Assembly (NCBI GenBank): GCA_045633525.1
Contig: JAZQYM010000014.1
Span: forward strand, 322-64,321
Origin: Alistipes sp.
Lineage (GTDB): Bacteria > Bacteroidota > Bacteroidia > Bacteroidales > Rikenellaceae
Reading direction: 5' to 3'
Length of the DNA: 64,000 nucleotides
Of this stretch, positions 1 to 7,851 are shown piece after piece. The notes beneath the pieces are model-generated. The model ran no database searches and had not been told where the DNA came from. It worked only from the letters and a program-made list of their open reading frames with translations. The position numbers and the translations under genes were made by a program. Positions within the stretch are counted from its first letter, which is position 1; every line of letters begins with the position of its first letter.

Positions 1-11
1 TCCAAATAATT

Positions 12-65
12 AATCTCGCGCGGAGCGCACCACACTTTTAACCTTTCAGTTTTCACCTTTCGCCT
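12..65. repeat. Short intergenic repeat (AATCTyGCGCGrAGCGCACCAyACTTT plus pyrimidine-rich heptamers), copy 1
   Basis: Near-identical to 3844-3889; both lie just beyond the stop of a minus-strand gene. Confidence 0.7.
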
Positions 66-72
66 CCTATCG

Positions 73-360
73 TTATTTCCACCCGCTAATAAACTTTCGT
101 ATAAGCATTATCACTTGACGGTATAGGGCGTCTACCGTGGCGCTTACTTCGTAGACTGTATCTAAGCGACGGTTGATACGTTTAATAGTCTTGTGTAGCG
201 AGACGAAGTATATCGCAATGGCTATTGCTACAAGTATTGCTCCCACGATAACCCATGCCAACGTAGCGCTGCAGATCAACTCCCCGAGCCACAGCGCAAG
301 TGCCATAGTCAGGGCAAAGACCCCGACAATTATGGCACACATAAACAAAATTAACGACAC
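73..360 (-). CDS. Small two-TM membrane protein, phage-holin-like (YqjE/Phage_holin_3_6-like) family
   Basis: Two hydrophobic helices and a basic C-terminus; lies downstream of a YtxH-like gene, a common Bacteroidota pairing. Start uncertain (GTG). Confidence 0.55.
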   Translation of the reverse strand: MSLILFMCAIIVGVFALTMALALWLGELICSATLAWVIVGAILVAIAIAIYFVSLHKTIKRINRRLDTVYEVSATVDALYRQVIMLIRKFISGWK

Positions 361-380
361 AGCATTAATCCCTTTTAGAG

Positions 381-566
381 CTATTCATCGCAATCGCAGT
401 CATCGCCATAGCATTCGCAGTGGCCATTGTGCGTCTTGTGATTAAACGCTGTGCGCAACTTGCCGCGCAACTCCTTACCAGACTGTGGTGTTACAAGCAT
501 TGCCACCGCAGCTCCTACAACAGCGCCACCAAGCGCAAGTAGTAGACAAACCGAACTCTTTTTCAT
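381..566 (-). CDS. YtxH domain-containing protein
   Basis: GGAVVGAAVAMLVTPQSGKELR matches the YtxH motif; Cys/His/Asp-rich tail. Confidence 0.8.
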   Translation of the reverse strand: MKKSSVCLLLALGGAVVGAAVAMLVTPQSGKELRGKLRTAFNHKTHNGHCECYGDDCDCDE

Positions 567-650
567 AATCTTAACCTGTTAAAAGAAAGTGTTGAAAACA
601 ATTTCACTAAGTTTACTTGCAAAACGCACGCCATAGTCTATAATATTTCT

Positions 651-658
651 TATATTTG
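651..658 (+). promoter_or_regulatory. Bacteroidota -7 promoter box TATATTTG, 4 nt before the ATG
   Basis: Matches the TAnnTTTG consensus. Confidence 0.6.
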
Positions 659-662
659 CGCT

Positions 663-1154
663 ATGAAATCAGCACTCAATATTGTCGCCTTTACCGGGCA
701 TCGCTCCTACGATAACTCGGCGGAGGAGATGCTACGCTCCACGGTGGTAGATCTCTATGCCGAGGGTGTACGCATCTTTCGTGTGGGTATGGCTGAGGGC
801 TTCGACCTCGCTGCTGGTGAGGTGGTGGTCGAGTTAATGGAGTTGCACGATGATATTGTGCTGGAGGCGTATGTGCCATGGCCTATGTTTAGTGCTCGTT
901 TCGGGAGGGAGGATAAGGCGAGATACGATGCTATTATCTCTAAGGCTCAGGTTATTAGATATTCAGGTTTCGCCTTTCAAACCAATATATTTCACCTTAG
1001 AAACGATATGCTCGTAGATGGTGCTGGCTATCTTGTGGCGTGGTGGAATGGCTCGCGCAGCGGTACGGGCTATACCGTGAGTCGCGCCCGTAGGCTGCAG
1101 GCAAAGATTATAAATTTGCATCCCGGGTCGGTGGTGGAGCAGAGATTACTATAG
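663..1154 (+). CDS. SLOG-family protein (DUF1273/YspA-like)
   Basis: Motifs AFTGHR, GMAEGFD, RNDMLVD and SGTGYTV. Confidence 0.8.
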   Translation: MKSALNIVAFTGHRSYDNSAEEMLRSTVVDLYAEGVRIFRVGMAEGFDLAAGEVVVELMELHDDIVLEAYVPWPMFSARFGREDKARYDAIISKAQVIRYSGFAFQTNIFHLRNDMLVDGAGYLVAWWNGSRSGTGYTVSRARRLQAKIINLHPGSVVEQRLL

Positions 1155-1265
1155 TCATAAAGATTGTTATAAACTTGTTAAATTTCGTCATCATTAGTAC
1201 AAATACTACCTTTTGTATAGCAAAAACACTATATATTTGCCCCCAGATTACTAATAACAGAAAAT

Positions 1266-2282
1266 ATGAAAATGAAGAACTATCTTTTAGCAATCGCAGC
1301 GTTGGTGATGTCGCTATCGGCATCGGCGCAGAGTAATAACACTTTTGCCCAAGAGCAGATGTCTTTGTCGGGTTATCTTCAGGGTGGCTTCCAAACCTCA
1401 AATGATGATCCATCATCTACCTTCTATTTAAAGCGTGCGCGTGTGAGCCTTACGGGTAATGCTAAGGAGGAGAAGATTGACTATCGCTTGCAGGTAGATA
1501 TGGCTGGCGATCCAAAGATTTGCGACCTCTATTTCCGCTACAAGCCATCTTCGGCGTTCGGTATACAGTTGGGTCAGTTTAAGATTCCATTTGCTATTGA
1601 GAATGATATCTATGGTCCTACAACCGTGGAGCTTATCGATTACTCGTATATCACAACCCTCCTTGCGCGTAATGCTAACAGATTTGATGGTATTGCTGCT
1701 ACAGGTCGTGATATTGGCTTCCAGGTATATGGTGGCTTTGGCAATAATAAGGATTATAAAACTCTAAGCTATAACCTCGGTATCTTCAATGGTACGGGTA
1801 TAAACAAAAACGATGATAATAATGCAAAAGATATTGTAGCTCGCCTTATCTATAAGCCATCTAAGGAGTTGTCTGTGTCTGGCTCAGTGATGATTACCGA
1901 GACAAACGCTGGTCCTGCTACAATAAAGTCTAATAGAGCGGCATTGGGTGTTATCTATGATACTAAAGACTTTATCTTCCGTAGCGAATATGCTGGTGCT
2001 CAGTTTGACGATGCGGACGACTATGATGTAAGTACCTTCTACCTATTAGGTGGTTATAAGATTAAGAAGGATTGGATGCTTGTGGCGCGTTACGAGACTC
2101 TTAGTCAGGGCAATCTAAATAGTGGTATTGCCCAAGATCGTGTGACTGTAGGTGCTGTATTTAAGCCATACTCATTCCTTCGATTCCAACTCAACTATTC
2201 AATTGAGCAGAGTGGCCTTAAGAATAGTGACTATCGAGACAAGGCAAGCGGTCTTAATCTGATGTTAACGGCGATTTTCTAA
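1266..2282 (+). CDS. Outer-membrane porin, phosphate-selective porin O/P-like
   Basis: Signal peptide, FYLKRARVSL and GQFKIPF motifs, amphipathic beta strands, C-terminal Phe. Confidence 0.75.
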   Translation: MKMKNYLLAIAALVMSLSASAQSNNTFAQEQMSLSGYLQGGFQTSNDDPSSTFYLKRARVSLTGNAKEEKIDYRLQVDMAGDPKICDLYFRYKPSSAFGIQLGQFKIPFAIENDIYGPTTVELIDYSYITTLLARNANRFDGIAATGRDIGFQVYGGFGNNKDYKTLSYNLGIFNGTGINKNDDNNAKDIVARLIYKPSKELSVSGSVMITETNAGPATIKSNRAALGVIYDTKDFIFRSEYAGAQFDDADDYDVSTFYLLGGYKIKKDWMLVARYETLSQGNLNSGIAQDRVTVGAVFKPYSFLRFQLNYSIEQSGLKNSDYRDKASGLNLMLTAIF

Positions 2283-2303
2283 CACCGAATACCACATACA
2301 TAG

Positions 2304-3569
2304 ATGAAACGGTTTTTAACCGAGGATTGGGTTGTGACTTTCCTAAGCATCCCACTCCTCACCCTCGCGATGCTCTCTTCTCTACTACCTGGAGGAGGTC
2401 CAAAAATACCTGAAACACTTATCACAGCCGAGGCGTGGCTCAATATCGGAGCCTTCTTTCTTATAGCCTTAGCCCTGCTCTTTGTGGGTAATAAGGTGCT
2501 CGGTCGTCCAATGAAGGGACTGTTATTGTCCTTTATCGTAATCTTTGCTATTGCGGTGTTGGCGCAGTGGGTGGCAAAGCTTGAGGCGGTTAAGTTCTAC
2601 GGCTTTGAGGCGGTCTTCTTCTCGGTTATCTTCGGTTTGATTATACGCAACCTCTTCAAGGTGCCCGAGTGGCTTAAGCCTGCGATTCAGGGCGAGTTCT
2701 TTATAAAGATTGGCGTTGTCTGCCTGGGTGCTACGGTGTTATTCTCCGATGTTATGAAATCGGGCGCTGCGGGTCTTATTCAAGCGATCTTGGTGGTTGG
2801 TATCGTCTGGTCGTTCGGCTACTGGCTTGCTCGAAAACTTAAGGTTAATGAGGCTACAGCTATGACCTTGGCGAGTGGCTGCTCTATCTGTGGAGTATCG
2901 GCCTGTATCACAGCGGCAGGAGTTGCAGGAACAGATAAAAAGCACCTCTCCTACATTATTTCGGTAGTGCTTATTGTTGTGGTGCCGATGATATACCTAA
3001 TGCCTTGGATAGCAAATGCTATCGTTCCGCTTATGGTGGATGACCCAACCATCCAAAAGGAGATTATGGGTGCTTGGATAGGTGGTACTATCGATACCAC
3101 CTCGGGTGTTGTTGCCTCTGCTGAGTCGGTGGGTCAGGTGGCTGAAAATACTGCCGTTGTGGTTAAGGCTACACAGAATGTGCTTATCGGTGTTGTGGCA
3201 TTCTTTATAGCCCTCTACCTCTCGACACGTTCTAAGACGGCTGCTAATATTAACCGCCCATCACTCTCTATTGTATGGGAGAAGTTTCCTAAGTTTATCC
3301 TTGGCTTTCTCTTTGCATCGGCTCTCTTTAGCATTATGCATACACAGGGGCTCCTACATTCAAGTGATAAGACTCTTGCCAAGAATTTCTCAACATTCTT
3401 TTTCTCCCTATCCTTTGTCTGTATAGGAATGGATACCCGTCTTAAGGATATTGTCTCTCGCGAGAACCGACGAATCCTCCACGCATTCCTCGGTGCTCAG
3501 CTCTTTAATATCATTATTACGGGTGTGATTGCGTGGGTTATATTTGGCCTACTTAAACCTCTATTTTAA
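2304..3569 (+). CDS. YeiH / putative sulfate exporter (PSE) family transporter
   Basis: Polytopic membrane protein with SICGVSA, GAWIGGTID and FPKFILGF motifs. Confidence 0.85.
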   Translation: MKRFLTEDWVVTFLSIPLLTLAMLSSLLPGGGPKIPETLITAEAWLNIGAFFLIALALLFVGNKVLGRPMKGLLLSFIVIFAIAVLAQWVAKLEAVKFYGFEAVFFSVIFGLIIRNLFKVPEWLKPAIQGEFFIKIGVVCLGATVLFSDVMKSGAAGLIQAILVVGIVWSFGYWLARKLKVNEATAMTLASGCSICGVSACITAAGVAGTDKKHLSYIISVVLIVVVPMIYLMPWIANAIVPLMVDDPTIQKEIMGAWIGGTIDTTSGVVASAESVGQVAENTAVVVKATQNVLIGVVAFFIALYLSTRSKTAANINRPSLSIVWEKFPKFILGFLFASALFSIMHTQGLLHSSDKTLAKNFSTFFFSLSFVCIGMDTRLKDIVSRENRRILHAFLGAQLFNIIITGVIAWVIFGLLKPLF

Positions 3570-3693
3570 TTTCTTGTGATAAGGGGTCATCTTCGACTCT
3601 TCAGTCAAACTGGCGAATGGGAAATACGCTTAGTATGTCCCATCCGCCAGTTTTCGTGTCAGAGCCAAATCTGACCCCTTCTCGCAAGAAATT
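3568..3693. repeat. 126-bp imperfect palindrome (ERIC/MITE-like element), copy E1
   Basis: AATTTCTTGTGATAAGGGGTCA...TGACCCCTTCTCGCAAGAAATT terminal inverted repeats; folds as one long hairpin; homologous to 29515-29639. Confidence 0.85.
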
Positions 3694-3843
3694 CGGTAGT
3701 GCAGCCCTGTATGTCTGTGTTTATTTCGCTTTTGCAAGCGACAGCTACGCTGAAAGGGCAAAAGCGGCAGAAGCGGCAAAAGAAGTTTTGCTAATTACTA
3801 ATTCTCCCTTTTAGGCCTCTAAGGCCCCTCAGGCCCCTTTATA

Positions 3844-3889
3844 AATCTTGCGCGAAGCGCACCATACTTTTCCGTTTTTCCCTTTCACT
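3844..3889. repeat. Short intergenic repeat, copy 2
   Basis: AATCTTGCGCGAAGCGCACCATACTTT plus pyrimidine-rich units, like 12-65. Confidence 0.7.
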
Positions 3890-4360
3890 TTACTTGCGTA
3901 TCATCTCCACAAGGGTTGTGCAGCCATCCTCTAATAGGTCGAGTACAAGTTCAAAACCTTCGTGACCCTCGTAATATGGGTCGGGGATATAGGACCAGTC
4001 GGGGTTGTGGCGTAAGAACTCCCTAAAGCGGTAGATTTTCTGCTGAGCCTCACGGTCGGGGGCAAGGCGAAAGAGGTTTTCGTAATTGTTGTCGTCCATA
4101 GCGATAACCATATCAAACTTCTCGAAGTCGCCTTCGCGTACCTGTCGCGCGCGGTGCGTCATAGGGATGCCTCGTGCCTCGGCAGCACGACGCATACGAG
4201 GATCCGAAAGCTCGCCACTATGGCCACCATATGTGCCCGCAGAGTCAATCTCCACCATATCACTTAGCCCCTCTCTATCCACCAAAACTCTCAACATCGC
4301 CTCTGCCGCAGGGGAGCGGCATATATTTCCGAGGCAGACAAAAAGTATTCTCTGTTTCAT
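3890..4360 (-). CDS. Low-molecular-weight protein-tyrosine phosphatase
   Basis: VCLGNICRSP active site and DPYY motif; ATG at 4360 preferred. Confidence 0.93.
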   Translation of the reverse strand: MKQRILFVCLGNICRSPAAEAMLRVLVDREGLSDMVEIDSAGTYGGHSGELSDPRMRRAAEARGIPMTHRARQVREGDFEKFDMVIAMDDNNYENLFRLAPDREAQQKIYRFREFLRHNPDWSYIPDPYYEGHEGFELVLDLLEDGCTTLVEMIRK

Positions 4361-4507
4361 ACTGCAAATATAGGAAAAAGTTACCAACTTCATCGCTCCA
4401 TTTAATTAAATCTAAACAAAAATATGCTCCAAACTATACACATAGTGTATATCAAAATTCAGTGCAACAAAATCTAAAAATGGTGCCGCAGATTGGGGAA
4501 AAATATA

Positions 4508-4515
4508 TATCTTTG
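4508..4515 (+). promoter_or_regulatory. -7 promoter box TATCTTTG of the thi operon
   Basis: TAnnTTTG immediately 5' of the riboswitch. Confidence 0.65.
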
Positions 4516-4521
4516 CGTTGA

Positions 4522-4619
4522 ACTCGAATGGTGGTGTTAGGGAATGCCGCATGGTTACCCTGGCTGAGATTATACACATTGCACCAGTACAGATAATGCT
4601 GACGCTGGAAGTTTGGAGT
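4522..4619 (+). ncRNA. TPP riboswitch aptamer
   Basis: GCTGAGA..ATAC, CCAG/CTGG P4, CAG-ATAATG-CTG P5/L5 and ACTC/GAGT P1; upstream of thiamine genes. Confidence 0.88.
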
Positions 4620-4640
4620 CATCTTTAATGGTACTTGCCG

Positions 4641-4683
4641 TACCACTATTTTGAGCATATACAGTAACCTTAAAATAGTGGTA
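4641..4683 (+). promoter_or_regulatory. Start-sequestering hairpin (riboswitch expression platform)
   Basis: TACCACTATTTTGAG (4641-4655) pairs with CTTAAAATAGTGGTA (4669-4683), which includes the A of the thiD ATG. Confidence 0.7.
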
Positions 4684-5531
4684 TGAAGCAGACTAAAACC
4701 TACCCCGTAGTATTATCCATCGCCGGCTCCGACTCCTCGGGTGGGGCGGGTATTCAGGCCGATCTTAAAACATTCTCGGCACTTGGCGTGTATGGAGCTA
4801 CAGCCATCACAGCCATCACAGCACAAAATACGCAAGGTGTTCACTCCCAATTAGCCATTGACCCACAGATGGTCTATGAGCAGATTGTTGCTGTTGTTGA
4901 GGATCTACACCCCTCGTTTATCAAGATTGGGATGCTCTCCAATGCAGATATTGTCAGGGTTGTGGCTAAGGCACTAAGCAGATACACGATTCCTGTAATC
5001 CTCGACCCTGTTATCGTATCAAGCACAGGGCATCGCCTTTTATCCATTGAAGCACAAGAGGTTATCAAGAGCCAACTCCTTCCTCTATCTCTGCTTGTTA
5101 CGCCCAATATTCCAGAGATGGAGGCGCTCACAAATCACCCTGTCGACACCTACGAGCATAAGGTGGAGGCCTCAAAAATTCTCTTTGACTATGGCGCTAA
5201 GGCTATACTCCTCAAAGGAGGCCATGAGGAGGGCGAGCGGAAGAGTGATATTCTATTTACAAATAGCCAATCGGGCATAGAGAGTGAAATTTTCACCTCC
5301 GAGAGTGTTGCTACGCGAAACACTCACGGCACGGGTTGTACACTTTCATCTGCTATCGCTGCATTTATGGCGCGTGGTTGCGGTATGGTTGAGGCTATAG
5401 CCGAGGCAAAGAGTTTTATTACCGAGGCTATTCGTAGTGGTGCTGATATAGTAATAGGACACGGCATAGGTCCTGTAAATCACGGTTTTAATCCTAAACA
5501 GATGATGGTCTATGAGAGTAGAGAACTATAA
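4683..5531 (+). CDS. thiD: Hydroxymethylpyrimidine/phosphomethylpyrimidine kinase
   Basis: SIAGSDSSGGAGIQADLKT, KGGH and THGTGCTLSS motifs. Confidence 0.95.
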   Translation: MKQTKTYPVVLSIAGSDSSGGAGIQADLKTFSALGVYGATAITAITAQNTQGVHSQLAIDPQMVYEQIVAVVEDLHPSFIKIGMLSNADIVRVVAKALSRYTIPVILDPVIVSSTGHRLLSIEAQEVIKSQLLPLSLLVTPNIPEMEALTNHPVDTYEHKVEASKILFDYGAKAILLKGGHEEGERKSDILFTNSQSGIESEIFTSESVATRNTHGTGCTLSSAIAAFMARGCGMVEAIAEAKSFITEAIRSGADIVIGHGIGPVNHGFNPKQMMVYESREL

Positions 5532-6168
5532 ATTGCAATTTATCACGCACCACAACGAGCGCTACTCCTATATCGACTCGGCGCGTATGGCATTGGAGGG
5601 TGGGTGTCGGTGGATTCAGCTGCGTATGAAAGAGGCTCGTGAGGCTATTTTAGAGAGTGCTGCCATCACAATCCAGAGGATGTGCAGGGAGTATGGCGCA
5701 ACCTTTATCATAGATGATAATGTGGTACTTACCAAGCGTATAGGCGCAGATGGTGTACATCTGGGCAAGAATGATATGCCTGTTTCTGAAGCCCGCAAGA
5801 TGCTCGGCGAGGGGTATATTATTGGCGCTACGGTAAACACCTTCGATGACATAGTAAACGCGCTACACACCGCCACGCCCGACTACTTCGGTTGTGGCCC
5901 ATTCCGCTACACCTCTACAAAGCAGAATCTTGCACCGATACTTGGTCTTGAGGGTTATCGCGATATAATCGGAAAGATGCGCGAGCGCAATATTGAGATA
6001 CCGCTCATTGCCATTGGTGGCATCACAAAGGGTGATATACCCGAATTGTTGAGATGCGGTGTTAATGGCATAGCCCTAAGTGGTAGTATCATAGGTGCTA
6101 AGGAGCCTGTAATGGAGATGCGTAGTATTGCAAAAACAGTATATAACAAACCTATAAATTTAATGTAA
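5512..6168 (+). CDS. thiE: Thiamine-phosphate synthase
   Basis: WIQLRMK, ADGVHLGKND, GPFRYTSTK and AIGGI motifs. Confidence 0.93.
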   Translation: MRVENYKLQFITHHNERYSYIDSARMALEGGCRWIQLRMKEAREAILESAAITIQRMCREYGATFIIDDNVVLTKRIGADGVHLGKNDMPVSEARKMLGEGYIIGATVNTFDDIVNALHTATPDYFGCGPFRYTSTKQNLAPILGLEGYRDIIGKMRERNIEIPLIAIGGITKGDIPELLRCGVNGIALSGSIIGAKEPVMEMRSIAKTVYNKPINLM

Positions 6169-6172
6169 CATT

Positions 6173-6946
6173 ATGATTGAAAGAAATGTATCACACGGTA
6201 TTATCTCTACCTATTTCAACAAGTTGGAGAAGAATTTGGATTTGGATGTAGCCATCGTAGGTGGCGGACCTTCGGGCATTGTTGCAGCCTACTATCTTGC
6301 TAAGGCGGGATTGAAGGTTGCGCAGTTCGACAGAAAGCTATCGCCCGGTGGTGGTATGTGGGGTGGTGCTATGATGTTCAACCAGATTGTCGTTCAAGAG
6401 GAGGCGCTACATATTATCAAGGAGTTCGATATCAACTATGAGCAGTATGACGATAACCTCTATGTTATGGACTCTGTGGAGAGCACCGCAGCACTGCTCT
6501 ATAAGGCTGTGCACGCTGGCGCAACAATCTTTAACTGCTATTCGGTTGAGGATGTGATATTTAAGAATGATGAGGTTAGTGGTGTCGTGGTTAACTGGAC
6601 CCCAGTGCTTAGAGAGGGTATGCATGTAGACCCGCTTAACATTATGGCTAAGTGTGTTATTGATGGCACAGGCCACGATAGCGAGATGTGCTGCACTGTA
6701 GCGCGCAAGAATGGTATTCGTCTTGCTACCGACACGGGAGCAGTTATAGGCGAGCGTTCGTTGGATGTTGTTGCGGGCGAGGAGGAGGTTGTAAACGGCA
6801 CCAAGGAGATATATCCAGGTTTGTATGTATGCGGTATGGCTGCTTCGGCTGTTAGTGGAACACCTCGTATGGGCCCTATCTTTGGTGGTATGTTGCTATC
6901 TGGCAAAAAGGTTGCCGACCTCATTATCGAGAAGCTAAAAGGATGA
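6173..6946 (+). CDS. thi4: Sulfide-dependent adenosine diphosphate thiazole synthase (non-Cys Thi4)
   Basis: GGGPSG, GGGMWGG, HVDP, TGHD and PRMGPIFGGMLLSG motifs. Confidence 0.93.
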   Translation: MIERNVSHGIISTYFNKLEKNLDLDVAIVGGGPSGIVAAYYLAKAGLKVAQFDRKLSPGGGMWGGAMMFNQIVVQEEALHIIKEFDINYEQYDDNLYVMDSVESTAALLYKAVHAGATIFNCYSVEDVIFKNDEVSGVVVNWTPVLREGMHVDPLNIMAKCVIDGTGHDSEMCCTVARKNGIRLATDTGAVIGERSLDVVAGEEEVVNGTKEIYPGLYVCGMAASAVSGTPRMGPIFGGMLLSGKKVADLIIEKLKG

Positions 6947-7518
6947 AAATTATTGCGATAACAACACCCAAAATCATATCCGACGATGGTTGTATAATTA
7001 GAGGATTGCTCGACAATGGTGTCGATATTGTTCATCTTAGAAAACCCAATTCGGATGCTGACGAATGTCGGAGGATATTGTCCGCTATCGATATAGAGTA
7101 TAGACAGAGGATAGTAATTCACGATTACCCGGAGCTCTATGCGGAGTTTTCGCTAAAGGGTATTCACATAAACAGAAATGTTGTAGCTCTGCCCAACGGG
7201 TATAACGGCTCTAAGAGTCGCTCTTGTCACTCGTTTGAAGAGTTGGTGCGGTATAAAGATGACTACGATTATCTCTTTTTAAGTCCGATTTTCGATAGTA
7301 TATCTAAGGTTGGGTATCGCTCGGCTTTCGATGAGGATGAGTTGTATAGAGCCTCAATCTCCGGAATCATAGACAAGAAGGTTATAGCCTTAGGCGGTGT
7401 GACGTTTGATAAAATAGACTATCTTAAGAAATTGAACTTCGGGGGAGTGGCAATGTCTGGTGCTTTGTATGGTATTGAGGGAATCAAGAGCCTTCGTGAT
7501 ATTTATAGATACAAATAG
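6943..7518 (+). CDS. Second ThiE/TenI-family thiamine phosphate synthase-like protein
   Basis: HLRKP, SRSCHS, LSPIFDSISK and ALGG motifs. Confidence 0.85.
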   Translation: MKIIAITTPKIISDDGCIIRGLLDNGVDIVHLRKPNSDADECRRILSAIDIEYRQRIVIHDYPELYAEFSLKGIHINRNVVALPNGYNGSKSRSCHSFEELVRYKDDYDYLFLSPIFDSISKVGYRSAFDEDELYRASISGIIDKKVIALGGVTFDKIDYLKKLNFGGVAMSGALYGIEGIKSLRDIYRYK

Positions 7519-7552
7519 TAGATAAATCGATGCACTACGATCCTGTAATGTG

Positions 7553-7597
7553 TAAATGGCGACCACACATATAATTGGTGGTTGCCATTTATCTTTT
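7553..7597 (+). terminator. Intrinsic terminator of the thi operon
   Basis: TAAATGGCGACCA...TGGTTGCCATTTA stem followed by TCTTTT. Confidence 0.65.
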
Positions 7598-7752
7598 GTA
7601 GTTAATATCTATTTGATTTACAAGGTTCTGTCTGTGTTTGTAAAGATTGCGTGTCGTGCTTTGCATTGCTGGCAATAGCTGTGAATTATATGTGGTATTA
7701 ATGGCGTGGTTGACATATTTTTCTCTGTTGACAATATGGGTGTGTGAGGATG

Positions 7753-7784
7753 TTTGCTTATATAGATTTTTTTTACTACCTTTG
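7753..7784 (+). promoter_or_regulatory. Bacteroidota promoter of nadE-rnf (TTTG-N20-TACCTTTG)
   Basis: Both the -33 and -7 elements are present at canonical spacing. Confidence 0.7.
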
Positions 7785-7851
7785 TCGCGTTGTATCTATA
7801 CCTAAGGTATAGAGATGACGCTTTCGAGTAGCGAAAATGTAAAATTAAGAT

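Noticed and set aside
73-360. Holin-like gene as evidence of a prophage
   Set aside because: This family is a common chromosomal partner of YtxH; no phage genes in the window.
3617-3814. ORFs 3617-3814, 29564-30091, 15051-15245, 45611-45886, 45804-46037 and 61267-61491 as small paralogous proteins
   Set aside because: They are translations of the palindromic repeat elements or overlap real genes on another strand or frame.
4435-4451. Palindrome TATACAC-ATA-GTGTATA as an operator shared with the nadE palindrome
   Set aside because: Half-site spacing differs (N7 versus N5) and the sequence is AT-rich; not enough support.
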